Assembly (NCBI GenBank): GCA_963823035.1
Contig: CAWGKG010000014.1
Coordinates: 128,001 to 192,000 of the forward strand
Reading direction: 5' to 3'
DNA: 64,000 nt
From: an uncultured Gemmatimonadales bacterium
GTDB lineage: Bacteria; Gemmatimonadota; Gemmatimonadetes; Longimicrobiales; Gaopeijiaceae
In this document: piece by piece, positions 28,159 through 39,761 of the stretch
Layout of the letters: each line of letters starts with the position of its first letter
How positions within the stretch are numbered: the first letter of the stretch is position 1
Notes under the pieces: generated by a model
Told to the model about the DNA's origin: nothing
The model's input: the letters and a program-made list of their open reading frames with translations, nothing else
Database searches by the model: none
Position numbers and translations under genes: made by a program

Positions 28159-29124
28159 GCGGCCGAGGCGTCCCGCATGTGCTCGGCGGTGGCGTCGATG
28201 ATCTCGTCCAGCGAGTGCTCGGGGCGCCACCCGATCAGCGCCTCGATGCGGCGCGTGTCGGGCTTGCGGCGCTCCATGTCCTCGAAGCCTTCGCCGTACG
28301 CCTCGTCGTAGGGGACGAGCTCGATCGCCGAGTCCGACCCGAGCCGCTCGCGCACGCGCTCCGCGAGCCCCTGGATCGTCGTCTCCTCCTCGGAGCCGAT
28401 GTTGAAGGCCTTCCCCCAGGCGTCGTCGCGCGCCATCAGGCCGAGGATCGCCCGCACGGTGTCGTGCACCATGCAGAAGCAGCGCTGCTGCCGCCCGTCG
28501 CCGAACACCTGGATCGGCTCGTTGCGCAGCGCCCGCCCCACGAAGTTCGGGAGCACCATCCCCCACTGCCCCGTCTGACGCGGGCCCACCGTGTTGAAGA
28601 AGCGCCCCAGGATCACCGGGAGGCTCCCGCTCGCGGTGGTAGGCCAGCGCGAGGAACTCGTCGAGCGCCTTCGTGCAGGCGTACGCCCAGCGGCGGTGCG
28701 TGGTGCTGCCCATGACGCGGTCGGCTTCCTCGTGCAGCTGGTCGCCGCCCTTCCCGTAGATCTCCGAGGTGGAGGCGACGAAGAGCGGCGTGCGGTGCCG
28801 ATCGCAGCAGTCCAGCACGATCTCCGTGCCGCGCACGTTCGTGGTGATCGTGCGCACCGGCTCCTCGATGATCTTGCGGACGCCGACGGCCGCGGCCAGG
28901 TGCACGACCTGGTCGCAGCGCGCCACCGTCTCGTTCATCATCGGCCAGTTGAGGATCGAGTCGACGTTCAGGTGCAGGCGCTCGTGGCGGCGCACGGCGT
29001 CCAGGTTCGCGAGCCGTCCGGTGGAGAGGTCGTCCACCACGAAGACGTCGTCGCCCCGCTCGAGCAGCCGCTCCGTAACGTGCGAGCCGATGAACCCCGC
29101 CCCACCCGTGACGAGCACGCGCAT
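28155..29124 (-). CDS. NAD-dependent epimerase/dehydratase (extended SDR; frameshift near 28620)
   Basis: [31 protein letters not shown] and RFFNTVGPRQ. Confidence 0.9.
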
Positions 29125-30243
29125 CAGGCGGCCCCCGTTCTGGTGTAGATCTCGGCCCAGCGCTCCGCCACCACCATGGCGTCGTGCTCGGCGGCCTCCT
29201 CGCGGCCGAAGGTGCCGACGCGTGCGCGCAGATCCTCGTTCCGCAGGATGTGCAGCAGGTCGCGCGCGAAGCGGTCCGGCGGGCCGCCGGTGGAGGCCTC
29301 GCGGCCGGCGCCCGGCGGCACGTTGTCGTCGGCCACCCAGCGCAGCACGGGAATCCCGACGGCCATCGCCTCGACGCACATGCGGGACGCGCCGGGGAAG
29401 GACCCCGCGTCGACGGCCGCACGGCAGGTGCGCAGAAGCGCGGCCCGGTCCGGCGCCGCGCCGAAGAAGACGACCGAGTCCTCGAGGCGCAGCTCCTCGG
29501 CGTGCCAGCGGGCCGCCCCCTCCTCGGGGCCGGCGCCGACGAAGAGCAGGCGCAGGTCGGGGCTCTCCAGGCGGGCGTTCGCGAAGCCCTCCAGGATCTG
29601 TGCCGGCACGGCGCGGTCGGCGAAGTCCGAGTAGACGAGCACGGCGCTCTGTTCGTCGTCGAGCCCCAGGCGGATGCGGGCGTCGTGCTCCGGCAGCGCC
29701 CAGCTCGCCTCGCGCACCCGCGTCAGGTCGAGACACTGCGGCACCACCTCGACGCCCTCCACGCCGAAGCTGCGGATCACCGCGGTCTTGGCCAGCACGT
29801 CCGCGACCGTGATGAGGCAGCCGTCGCGGTGCCGGGCCGCCCGGCGCTCCATCCAATCCTGCATGCGCTGCTCCATCGTCTGCCGTCCCTTCGTGAAGCG
29901 CGGTGATCGTGCGTACCACCCGGGTCTCACGCGGGGCGGCGAGCTGAGCCGCGGCTCCCGACCACGGCTGGAAGGTGTGCACCACGTCCGCGCGCAGCCC
30001 GCGCAGCAGCCGGCGCAGCCGGGACACGGACAGGAACGAGCCGACCGGTCCGCTCAGCTCCATCGGGTGGACGGTCACGGAGAGCCGGCGCAAGCGCGCC
30101 GCGAGCGGGCCCTGAGCGCCCAGCCCCACGACGCGCGGCTCGAAGCGCGCCCGCGGAAGGCGTTCGATGAGCGTGGCGACCTGGTCCCCGACGTCGTCTT
30201 CCTCCAGCGAGTCGAGGACGTAGAACAGCCGGGACGGGGTCAC
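29124..30243 (-). CDS. Divergent GT4-fold protein (frameshift near 29900)
   Basis: GT-B outline recognisable (LFYVLDSL, DVVHTF, LFVGAGP, VEAMAVGIPV), but the canonical motifs are altered. Confidence 0.7.
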
Positions 30244-30355
30244 GCCGTGCGCCTTCTCGGGGGTCTGGAGATGCGGTGCCCACCGAAAAGGGTGCGCAGG
30301 AGGCGCCCCGTCCGCAACTGCCGGCGAGGGATTCCCAGGACGGACGCGCGCGTCG

Positions 30356-32237
30356 CTACCCGGCGCGCCGCCGCAGCCAGGTCTCCAGCGTCAGCAGGGC
30401 CCAGAGCGCGTGGCCGTGGTCGGCCGTGGCCGCCTGGTGCTCCCCCCACAGCCGTTCGACGGGCGCTCGCTCGATCCACCGCCAGAGGCGCGCGTCCTCC
30501 GCGAGGACGCGGCCCTCGAAGAGGGGCTTCCAGCGCGTGCGGAACCAGAGCGGGAGCGGAACCCCGAAACCCCACTTGCTCCGGCCGCGGATGCGCGGAG
30601 GGAGCAGGTCCTCGAACGCGTGCTTGAGAAGCCACTTGAGCGTCCTGCCCCGCCGGCGGAGCCGGTCCGGCAGCCCGGCGGCGAACTCCATCACCGCGGT
30701 GTCGAGGAAGGGTGCCCGCAGCTCGAGCCCGTGGGCCATCGAGCACCGGTCGGCCTTCACGAGGAGGTCGTCGGGGAGGTACGTCTCGAAGGTGAGGGCC
30801 ATCGCCCGCGTCAAGGCGCTCTCCCCGGCGAAGCGGTCCCAGGGCGTCCTGAAGCTCTCGATCAGCGCGCCTCGGTCGACGCCCGCGCGCAGGTCGGGGC
30901 GGAGGAAGGGCTCCATCTCCGGGAGGTAGCCGATCCAGCGCAGCATGCGTTCCTCCGGCGGGAGGGCGGCCGCGGCCGAAGAAGCGCTGGATCGCGTCGG
31001 AGCGGGTGACGGAAGTCGGGTCGGTGGGGCAGCCTGCGCGCCGCCGCGTCGCCGAGGCGGGCCACCGAGCCGCCCACGCGCGCGGCCACCTCCATGCCCA
31101 CGAAGCGCGGGTAGCCGCAGAACATCTCGTCGCCGCCATCGCCGGTGAGCGCCACGGTGACGTGCTCGCGCGTCAGCCCGGAGACGATGTGCGTGGGGAT
31201 CGCCGAGGAGTCGCCGAACGGCTCGTCGTACGCCTCGACCAGCTCGTCCACGAGCTCCACCGCCCGCGCCTCGACGGTGAACTCGGTGTGCTCCGTATGG
31301 AATCGCTCGGCCGCGATGCGGGCGAAGGGCGTCTCGTCGTAGTTGGGGTCGTCCGCGAAGCCGAGCGAGAAGGTCCGGAGCGGCCCTTCGATGCGCTCCC
31401 TCATCAGGCCCACCACGAGCGTGGAGTCGATACCGCCGCTCAGGAAGGCACCCAGGGGGACGTCGGCCACCAGGCGCCGCTCGACCGCCTCGCCGAGGAG
31501 CGTGCGCAGTCGACCCGCCGCGTCCGCATCCGAGAGGCCGTCGTGGCGCGTCCTCCAGTCGAGCGACCAGTACCGCGCCGAAGCCACGACACCACCGTCG
31601 ACGCGCAGCAGCGTGGCGGGAGGAAGCGAGGCGACGTCCCGGTAGAAGGTCCCGGGCGCGGGCACGTACCCGTACGCCAGGTAGGCGGGGAGCGCCGAGG
31701 GGTCCATCTCCCCCGACACCCAGGGAAGCGCCAGGAGCGCCTTGATCTCGGACGCGAAGGCGAGGTGCGTGGCCGTGCGCGTCCAGAAGAGGGGCTTCTT
31801 CCCGGCCCGGTCGCGGGCCAGGAGGAGGCGGCCGCGCGCCTCGTCCCACACCGCGAAGGCGAACATCCCGTCGATGCGCTCGGGGAGAGCGTCCCCCCAC
31901 GCTTCGTAGCCGTGGGCGAGCACCTCGGTGTCGCTCCGGGTGCGGAAGCGATGGCCCCCGCGCTCCAGCTCGACACGGAGCTCACGGAAGTTGTAGATCT
32001 CGCCGTTGAAGACGACCTGCACGGCGCCGTCCTCGTTGCCCATCGGCTGGTCGCCCGTCTCCAGGTCGATGACCTTCAGGCGCGCGTGGCCGAGCGCGCA
32101 CGCGCCGCTGGGCGCCAGCCAGGCCGGCGTCCGTCCGGGCCGCGATGGCGGATACGCTCCGCCATGGCGAGCGCGTCCGCGCGCGTGGGTGGTGGAGCCT
32201 CGGGGGCGAGCCGCACCACGCCCGCGATGCCGCACAT
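30356..32237 (-). CDS. asnB: Asparagine synthase-like glutamine amidotransferase (frameshifted)
   Basis: N-terminal MCGIAG at 32237, FNGEIYNF, FLSGGIDS, GDGGDE, KADRCSMAHGLELRAPFLD and KWGF. Confidence 0.92.
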
Positions 32238-32267
32238 CTCAGCCGGCCACCGTCACCACGGGGCGCG

Positions 32268-33388
32268 TCATGAAACCGCCGCCTCGAGTGCCGCCACGAG
32301 CCGCGGCACCGCGACGTCCACGGAGTATTCGGCCTTCACGAGGGCCCGGCCGGCGCGTCCCATGCGCGCCCGCGCCTCCGGGTCGGTGAGGAGGCGGGCG
32401 CAGGCCTCGACCCAGGCCGAAGGCCCGTCGGCGTGCAGCCCCGTCTCCTCCGGACGCACGATGTCGCACAGCACGCCCACGGGCGAGGCCACGCACGGCA
32501 CGCCGCACGCCAGGTACTGCAGCGCCTTGAAGCCGCACTTCCCGCGGCTCCACGGCGTGTCGTCCAGCGGGTAGAGCCCCACATCGAGCGCCTGGAAGTG
32601 CGCGATCTCGGCGTCGGGGCGCCAGGGCACGAAGTCGTAGCTCACACCCGGAAGGTGGGGGCGCGCGTGCCGGCGACCACCACCAGGCGGTGGGGCACGC
32701 GCTGCGCGAGCTCGCGCAGCGCGGGGCCGAGCGACTCCAGGTAGGGGACCGTGCTGTCCGAGCCCACCCATCCGAGCGTCGGCAGGTCGGCGTCGCGAGG
32801 AGCGGGAGCGAAGCGGTCGGTATCGACCACCGAGGGGAGGATGCGCACGCGCCCCTCCGACTCGGATCCCACGGCCTCACGGGCGAAGGTCGCCAGGTGC
32901 GCGTTGCCGGCCAGCACGATGCGCGCTGCGCGGCAGAAGGCGCGGGTGGTCCGCTCCGGGTCGCGGAGCATCTCGACCCACCGGCGGCCCTGCTCCTGCG
33001 GGAGATAGACGGCGTCGTCGAAGTCGTAGACGATGGGCACGCCGGCGCGCATCAGCCGGGCGAGGAGGCTCCGGTCGAAGAGGAGGCCGATGCCGCGCTG
33101 CACGAGCACGACGTCCCACGCGTCCGCGCCGTCCACCACGCGGCCCGCGCGCCGGAAGGCCCGCGCCACCGAGCGTCCCGCACGGCCGAGTGCGGGCCCG
33201 GCCCGCACCTGACGGTGCTCCTCGGTGGAGAGGAACGGGTGGAGGGTGAGCGACACGCTCCGCTCCCGGAGGGCGGGCTCGAGCTGCGCCACGCGATAGC
33301 GCGTGCTCGGCGACGTCTCCGGGTAGGGGGCGAGCGCGAGCACGCGCAGCCGGCCCGTGGCGTCCCCGCGGCGGCGCGCCCCGGTCAC
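32268..33388 (-). CDS. Glycosyltransferase family 4 (frameshift near 32650)
   Basis: PSTRYRV, YDFDDAVY, GWVGS and GKCGFKALQYLACGVP. Confidence 0.88.
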
Positions 33389-34602
33389 GACGTGCCCTCC
33401 GGCTCCACGCCGAGCGAGCGGTACACGCCGCCCAGGGCCTCCACGCCGGCCTCGAGCCCGACGGTCGCTTCGGCGAGGGCCCGCGCCCGCGCGGAGCGCT
33501 CCGGGTCGGCGATGGCCGCGGCGAGCCACGCCACCGCGGCGTCGGCCGGCTCGGTCGGGCGGTAGAGGCCCAGCGCACGGCCGTCCGCGAGCGCGCCGAC
33601 GTCGCCCACCGGCGTGGCCAGCACCGCCATCCCCGTGGCCAGGTACTCGCCGATCTTCGTCGGGAAGCTCGCGTCCTTGGAGGGTGAGGTGCGCACCAGG
33701 GCCAGCCCCGCGTCGGCCGCCTGCAGCCAGCCGGGCACGTCCGCTGGCTCGGCCGATTCCACGCGGGCCTCGATGCCCGCCGCGGCCACCAGCGCACGGG
33801 CCTCCGCGACGTCCCGCGTGAGCACGACGAAGCGTCCCCCGCACCGCTCCAGGAAGGCGCGCGCGACCTCGAGCGTGGCCGGCCCGTCGTACCACCCGGT
33901 GAGCGTGCCCAGGTGCACGAGCACGGGCCCGTCGCCGAGGCCGAGCGCGGCGCGGGCCTCCGCCCTGCTCGACGCCGGGCGGAAGCGCGCGAGATCCACG
34001 CAGGTGGGGATCACCGTCCACGGCGGCGGCGGCGCGCCACCCGCCAGCTCGGCGAGTCGGCCGGCCGCGCGGCGGGCCAGGAGGATCAGGTGGTCCGCCT
34101 CGCGCAGGAGCGCCCGCTCCACCCGACGGCCCAGGCGGACAGGGAGGCTCCCCGCGGCCCAATAGCCGCCCTCGATGCGCTCGTCCACCCAGAAGCCACG
34201 CATGTCGAAGAGGAGGCGTACGCCGCCCCGGCGGCGTGCGCCGAGACCCATGAGACCCGGAAGGTAGCCGCGCGCGTGCACGATGCCCGGCCGACCCTCG
34301 CGGCGGAGCGCCCGCGCCCACGCGGCGACCCGCCGGCGCCCCTGCAGCACGTCCCACGCCGTCGCCGGGAGCGACGGACGCTTGTGGTAGGTCAGGCGCG
34401 TCCAGCCTATGCCCTCGGCCCGCAGAGCACCCTCCAGCGCGCCGAGGCGACGCGCGTCCGTGAGGTCGGCGGGCTTCTCGAAGGAGAGCAGGTCGATGGC
34501 GAATCCCCTTCCCCGCAGCGCCCGCACGTACGGCACCACCTGCGAGGCACCGAGGGGCTCGAGCAGCCCGTCGTAGGTGACGTAGAGGACGTTCGAGGGC
34601 AT
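33385..34602 (-). CDS. Glycosyltransferase family 4 (C-terminal part of ORF 33385..36066)
   Basis: VLYVTYDGLLEPLGASQV, FDMRGFWVDER and PTKIGEYLATG. Confidence 0.85.
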   Translation of the reverse strand: MPSNVLYVTYDGLLEPLGASQVVPYVRALRGRGFAIDLLSFEKPADLTDARRLGALEGALRAEGIGWTRLTYHKRPSLPATAWDVLQGRRRVAAWARALRREGRPGIVHARGYLPGLMGLGARRRGGVRLLFDMRGFWVDERIEGGYWAAGSLPVRLGRRVERALLREADHLILLARRAAGRLAELAGGAPPPPWTVIPTCVDLARFRPASSRAEARAALGLGDGPVLVHLGTLTGWYDGPATLEVARAFLERCGGRFVVLTRDVAEARALVAAAGIEARVESAEPADVPGWLQAADAGLALVRTSPSKDASFPTKIGEYLATGMAVLATPVGDVGALADGRALGLYRPTEPADAAVAWLAAAIADPERSARARALAEATVGLEAGVEALGGVYRSLGVEPEGTS

Positions 34603-36066
34603 CCGCACTCGCGTTCCCGGGAGACGGCTCAGGATGGACGGCGACCCGCCCGCGGGCGGTCGGACGAGCGGCCCGGTCGCCAGCGACTTGGCGCGCCGTC
34701 GCCTTTCGGCCCGCGCCTTCCGACGGGCGAGATAGAGCGCCTGGACGTCGCGGATGCCCAGCGCGCAGAAGAGGAAGATCACGGGGAGCACCTGCGCCCT
34801 GTGCCGGTAGGCCGTGCCCACGTTCGCCTCGACGAGCGCGTACGCGAAGGTCACGAGCACCAGGGCGGTCAGCGGTACCGTGTAGGAGCGCGGGTCGTGG
34901 CGCAGCCCGAGGAACGCGCCCCAGATGCCGAGGGGAAGGATCGTGTACCAGAGCAGCGTCTCGGGGAGCGTGATCGCCTGGAGCGTCGAGCCGATCTCCC
35001 AGGGAAAGGGCGCGAGCATGAAGAAGGTCAGCCCCACCGGGAGGAAGCCGAGCGCGCCGGACGCCGTGGAGACGTTCGCCCCCCGCCCGTACGCCGAGTT
35101 CGCGCCGTAGAGGAAGCCCTCGCGCACCTGCTGCACCTGCTCGAGCGTCGGCTCCCCCGCCAGCGTGCGTCCGAGGCCGAGGATCTGGGCGGCGTAGGCG
35201 AGCGTGATCAGGAGGACGGTGCCGGCCACGAAGGCACGAGCGGGCGACCGGCTGCGCCCCATCATGATACCGGCGACGGCGGCACCGCCGACCAGGAGCG
35301 TCAGGTACTCGCGGAAGAAGGTGAGCAGCCCGAGCGTGAACAGGGCGCCCGTGAGCGCGCCGAAGCTGGGGCGGTGCTGGAGGCGGGCGCTGAAGTAGAC
35401 CGCGCCCACCAGGACCAGGATCGTGGGCGCTTCGCGGATGTTCAGCACGGACCAGAGGATGAGCGACGGGAAGAAGACCGTCAGCCCGGCCGCGAGCCTC
35501 GCGACCTGCTCGTTGCGCCGGACGATGAGGAGCGCGAGGTGATAGATGGGGATCGCCGTCCACACCGAGAGGTACATGTTGACGACGGCGGGGGCGGCCT
35601 TGGCGAAGCCGAAGAGCGCGTAGAGCGTCGCGTTCATCGCGGGATACGCCAGCTGGAGCGTGGCCATCATGCGCGACGGCATCGGGCCGAGCCCGGACCA
35701 GTAGTTCAGCAGGCCGATGCCGCGCGACTCGTACGTCCACTGGTCGGGCGCGAAGACGTAGGGGCCGACCGTCTGGTGCATGAGCGCGAACACCAGCAGC
35801 CGCACGGCGACGCCGAGCAGCATGAGGTTGCGCAGGTACGTCACCCGCTCGGGATTCGACTGCAGCCGCGCGAGCGCCTCGGTGATCAGCAGGCCGAGGA
35901 CCGCGAGGAAGGGCACGGCGAGCCGCGAGGCCGGGTCGGAGACGCCCACGGTCGCGGCCCCGACACCGAGGACCGCGAGCGCCGGCGCGGGCGCGAGGAA
36001 GGTGAGCCGCTTGCGGGTCATGAGCTCCTGGGAAGCCTCGGGCACGTCGAACGCGGGCCGCTGCAA
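34603..36066 (-). CDS. Polytopic membrane protein, Wzy polymerase/GT-C-like; in frame with the downstream GT4
   Basis: About 10 or more transmembrane segments with FAPDQWTYE, PSLILWS...REA, APFPW and NVGTAYRHR. Confidence 0.65.
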
Positions 36067-36090
36067 CGTACCCGAGCGGTGCGCCGCGGG

Positions 36091-37137
36091 TCAACGCGAT
36101 TCCGGGGCATCCCCGCGTGCGAGCTTGAGGCCGAGGTGGTGCCGTCCCGACGCCGACAGGAGGCTCGGCGCGTACCGCGCCAGGAGGGGTAGCGCGGCGG
36201 CGCGAACGGGCGCCGAGCCCTTGAGCAGCGCCTGCCCGAGGATGTCCACGCGTTGCTGCGCCGCGACGGCACGGATCTCGTCGGCCGCGCCCGCCTCCCG
36301 ATCGAGAAAGGTGCGCTCGAGAAGGTCGAGGGCCCGCATCCCGGCCCGCAGGTCGTCCGCGGTGGTGGTGGGGCGCATCCGGTTCACCAGGACGCGATGG
36401 GCGCCGTCCGCCACCGCCACGTCGATCGTGCGCGCGAGGTGGCGGCGCGCGCAGGTGACGAAGTTCTCGACCTGCACCTCCTCGTGGGCGCGCGACACGC
36501 TGTCCGGATGGACGCGCAGCCCGTACAGCTCGTCCGCGAGGTTGGCGAGCCCGACGCCCGACGCCAGCATGCGGGTGAAGAGCTCGTAGTCCTCCGTGTG
36601 GGCGGCTTCCGCCCCCGCCCCGTAACGATGGGCGCGCATCACGTCGGCCCGAGCGACGAGGGAGCCGTGCACGAGCGGGGTGGCGAGGAGCCCGAGGAAG
36701 CGCGCCCCGGCCGGCGTCGTGCACCGCGCCGGGCGCGTGCCCACGCGGCGGCCCTCGCCGTCCACCGTCCACGCGCCGGTGCCGACGACGCCCACGTCCG
36801 GGTACGCGTCCAGGAGCGCCAGCTGCCGCTCGATGCGCTCGGCGTGGCAGAGGTCGTCGGCGTCCATGCGCGCCACGTATGCGCCGCGCGCGTCCGCGAC
36901 CGCACGGTTGAGCGTCTCGATGAGACCCAGATTCCGCTCGTTCACCACCACGCGCACCCGGGCGTCGTGTTTCGCGCGGGCCTCCAGGCGCGCGCGCGTC
37001 CCGTCGCGCGACCCGTCGTCGACGGCGAGGACGTCCAGCGCCGTCCAGCTCTGGCCGAGGATCGCGTCCAGCGCGGCGTCGACCCACGCCTCCACGTCGT
37101 GGCACGGAAGGATGACGGTGACGAGGGGCGCGCTCAT
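36091..37137 (-). CDS. Glycosyltransferase family 2
   Basis: VTVILPCHD, DDGSRD, ARMDADD and EDYELF. Confidence 0.9.
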   Translation of the reverse strand: MSAPLVTVILPCHDVEAWVDAALDAILGQSWTALDVLAVDDGSRDGTRARLEARAKHDARVRVVVNERNLGLIETLNRAVADARGAYVARMDADDLCHAERIERQLALLDAYPDVGVVGTGAWTVDGEGRRVGTRPARCTTPAGARFLGLLATPLVHGSLVARADVMRAHRYGAGAEAAHTEDYELFTRMLASGVGLANLADELYGLRVHPDSVSRAHEEVQVENFVTCARRHLARTIDVAVADGAHRVLVNRMRPTTTADDLRAGMRALDLLERTFLDREAGAADEIRAVAAQQRVDILGQALLKGSAPVRAAALPLLARYAPSLLSASGRHHLGLKLARGDAPESR

Positions 37138-38132
37138 GGTGCCGTCTCCCGCGGCGCGGGCGTCACCAGCCGGCGCAGGCGATGGCGGAGCGTGGGGTTG
37201 CCGGGTGCCACGAGCGCACCGCGCAGGAGCGCCGAGGCACGGTCGAGCACACGCGGGCCCGTGCGGCTCTTCCAGAGCAGGTAGTCGGAGACGGCGTACC
37301 GCCAGTCCGGTCCGGCCACCAACGGGTAGCGCGTCCCGGCGTCGAGCACTTCGGCCAGCCGGCGAGGCGGCCCGAACGGGACGCCGTTGTGGTGGTGGGG
37401 CGCGATCGTGCGCAGCGGCACATGGCGGAGCGCCTGATCGATCAGCGCGCGCTCGGGCCCGGCGATCTGGTCGGCGTCCACCGGCACGCCCTCCACGCGC
37501 GTCACCGTCGGCGGGTAGTGCCAGATGCAGAGGTCGGCCAGCCCCTCGGCCACGTTGAACGGGGCCGGAGCCAGCCCCGCGCGCATGAAGCGGAAGCTGT
37601 GCTCCGTATGGCCCCAGCGCCGGTACTCCGCGAAGTCCGGGTGCCACCCACCCACCGCACGCAGACCCGCCCCCGTGTAGAATCCGAACTGCCCGCCGCC
37701 GTACATCCCGTGCGTGAGGCGCACGCCGCCCACGTCGCTCGTCCCCGTCCGACGGCGCACGCCGCCGCGCTCGAAGAGCGAGAAGTGATGGATGTCGCTC
37801 GCCAGGTGGAGGTCGACGTGGGCGGGGAAGACGGAGCCGTCGATCACCTCGACGTCGTCGTCGAGGAAGAAGTAGTACGCGAAGTCGCCGAAGCGCTCGA
37901 GCACCCGGTTCCTGGACAGCCCGACACCCTCGCGGCGGTCCGACCAGACGAGGGGGATCTCCCACCGGTCGCAGAAGGCCCGGGTGTCCGCCTCGTCCCC
38001 GTCGAGCGCGACCACGAGCCGGAAGCGGGGGTCCGCCGCGCAGAAGCGCGCGAGGTGCGGGAGGTAGCGGCGCAGCGCCCCCACGCGTTGGCAGGTCGTG
38101 ACGCAGATCAGCGCTTCGTACGCGTCGCTCAC
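37134..38132 (-). CDS. Divergent GT-A fold (GT2-like) protein
   Basis: ICVTTCQR, VVALDG, RNRVL, YFFLDDD (DxD) and WGHTEH. Confidence 0.65.
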   Translation of the reverse strand: MSDAYEALICVTTCQRVGALRRYLPHLARFCAADPRFRLVVALDGDEADTRAFCDRWEIPLVWSDRREGVGLSRNRVLERFGDFAYYFFLDDDVEVIDGSVFPAHVDLHLASDIHHFSLFERGGVRRRTGTSDVGGVRLTHGMYGGGQFGFYTGAGLRAVGGWHPDFAEYRRWGHTEHSFRFMRAGLAPAPFNVAEGLADLCIWHYPPTVTRVEGVPVDADQIAGPERALIDQALRHVPLRTIAPHHHNGVPFGPPRRLAEVLDAGTRYPLVAGPDWRYAVSDYLLWKSRTGPRVLDRASALLRGALVAPGNPTLRHRLRRLVTPAPRETAP

Positions 38133-39052
38133 GCCTCCCCCCTCCCCACGCCGACCCGCGCCGACAGCACGCTCATCAGCTCGGGATCCACGTCGGCGTC
38201 GACCTTGCGCGCAAAGGGCTGCCCGCTGGCGTCCATGGCCGGCAGATCCGCGATCCCCAGCGTGCGCGGATGGTCGGCGTGCGCGGGGAAGTCGAGGTAG
38301 CGCAGTGCCTCGTTCACGATCTCGTGGTCCCGCGCGAAGGCCGTGCCCAGCAGGATGCTCTGGAAGAACATCTCGTCGGCGAGGAGGGTGTGCGCATGGT
38401 AGGCGCGGTACTCGGGGTGCGCGCGCGAGAATTCGAGCACCCAGGCCACGGCCGCGCGGCTGAGGTTCCACCACTGCGACCCGCCGAAGGGAGCGGCGCA
38501 GGCGGGGAAGCGCCGGTCGGGAAGGAAGGCGACGCGCGCCCGCAGGAGGGTGTTCAGCACCTTGCCCTTGAAGCTCAGCCGCGCCTGCTCCCCACGGGGG
38601 ATGCACGTCTCGCGTCGCCCACGCACGGTGAAGGTGTAGAAGTCCGTGCGCAGCCGGCCGTCGTAGCGCCAGCGGGCGTCGGGGAGCGGGAAGGACGCCA
38701 CGTAGCTGCGCTCGGGCGCCGCGGCGTAGAAGGCGTGGATGCGGTCGGCGGGCCAGAGGGGGAAGTCCTGTCCCGACAGGAGAACGAAGTAGTCGCAGCC
38801 GTCCGCCAGGGCGCGCGCCATCCCGGCGAGGGTCGCGTCCACCACCTCGATGCCCCCCCACAGCGAGGGGAAGCGCGGGAGCGCGACGACCTCCTCCCCT
38901 CCCACCGTGCGGAGCGCAGCGCGGAAGCCCTCGAAGTCGGAGCGCGCATCCACGTGCAGGTAGCGTGTGACCCGCGGGTGGTCGAGCGCGTCCAGCAGGG
39001 ACGCGACCTGCAGGGGAGCGCGGTGCGCGAGCACGATGCACGCGAGCCTCAC
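38129..39052 (-). CDS. GT14 core-2/I-branching beta-1,6-GlcNAc transferase family
   Basis: CIVLAH, LHVD, WGG, LLSGQDFPL, GGSQWW, ADEMFF and FARK. Confidence 0.88.
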   Translation of the reverse strand: MRLACIVLAHRAPLQVASLLDALDHPRVTRYLHVDARSDFEGFRAALRTVGGEEVVALPRFPSLWGGIEVVDATLAGMARALADGCDYFVLLSGQDFPLWPADRIHAFYAAAPERSYVASFPLPDARWRYDGRLRTDFYTFTVRGRRETCIPRGEQARLSFKGKVLNTLLRARVAFLPDRRFPACAAPFGGSQWWNLSRAAVAWVLEFSRAHPEYRAYHAHTLLADEMFFQSILLGTAFARDHEIVNEALRYLDFPAHADHPRTLGIADLPAMDASGQPFARKVDADVDPELMSVLSARVGVGRGEA

Positions 39053-39068
39053 GCGGACGGGCTCCGAC

Positions 39069-39761
39069 TCACAGGTACTCGTCCATCAGCTCGGGGGTCA
39101 GGGGGCCGAGGAACAGCGCTTGCCTGGCCCGGATCTCCGCGTGGCTCCACTCCCACCAGCGCGACGCGAGGAGCCGCTCCACGACCGGATCCTCGAAGCG
39201 GAACCGGACCGGTCGCGCGGGCGCCCCGACCGCGACCGCGTAGGGCGGGACGTCCTTCGTGACCACGGAGCCGGCGCCGATGATCGCACCCGTGCCGATC
39301 GTCACGCCCGCCATGACGTGGGCGCCGGCGCCGATCCAGACGTCGTGCCCGATCTCGACCGGACCGTCGGTGACCACCTCCTCCTCGATCGGGCGGCCCA
39401 GGACGTTGCGGCCGATGTAGTAGGTGGTGATGCGGCGCGCGTCGTGCCCGTAGCCGTGGATGCTCACCTGGCGTGCGATCGAACAGAAGTTGCCGATGCG
39501 GATCGGCGCGCCCCGCGCCAGCACGAAGATGCCCGGCCCCCAGAGCGACGAGTTCCGCCCGATGTGCACGGGACCGGAGATCTCGACGTCGTGCAGCCGC
39601 GCGTGGTCCGCGACGTGGACCGGGCCGTGCAGCGCGGAGGCGCTGACCCGCGCCGAGGGGGCCACCAGGGCCGCCGTGTCGATGCGGTTCGGCGGCTGCC
39701 GCGCGGCCAGCACGCGGTCAAGAATGCGGAGCTTGATCTTCGCGAAGAGCGATGAGGGCAT
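39069..39761 (-). CDS. CatB/Vat-related hexapeptide-repeat O-acetyltransferase
   Basis: IGNFCSIA, IGHDVWIG, IGAGSVVTKDVPPYAVAVGAPA and WWEW. Confidence 0.88.
   Translation of the reverse strand: MPSSLFAKIKLRILDRVLAARQPPNRIDTAALVAPSARVSASALHGPVHVADHARLHDVEISGPVHIGRNSSLWGPGIFVLARGAPIRIGNFCSIARQVSIHGYGHDARRITTYYIGRNVLGRPIEEEVVTDGPVEIGHDVWIGAGAHVMAGVTIGTGAIIGAGSVVTKDVPPYAVAVGAPARPVRFRFEDPVVERLLASRWWEWSHAEIRARQALFLGPLTPELMDEYL

Noticed and set aside
32239..32271. Ten-codon mini-ORF MTRPVVTVAG between the GT4 and asnB
   Set aside because: Too short to support, and it may be the true GT4 tail displaced by an indel.
39069..39761. CatB/Vat antibiotic-resistance gene
   Set aside because: It is embedded in and overlaps genes of a glycan operon, so a sugar O-acetyltransferase is more likely.
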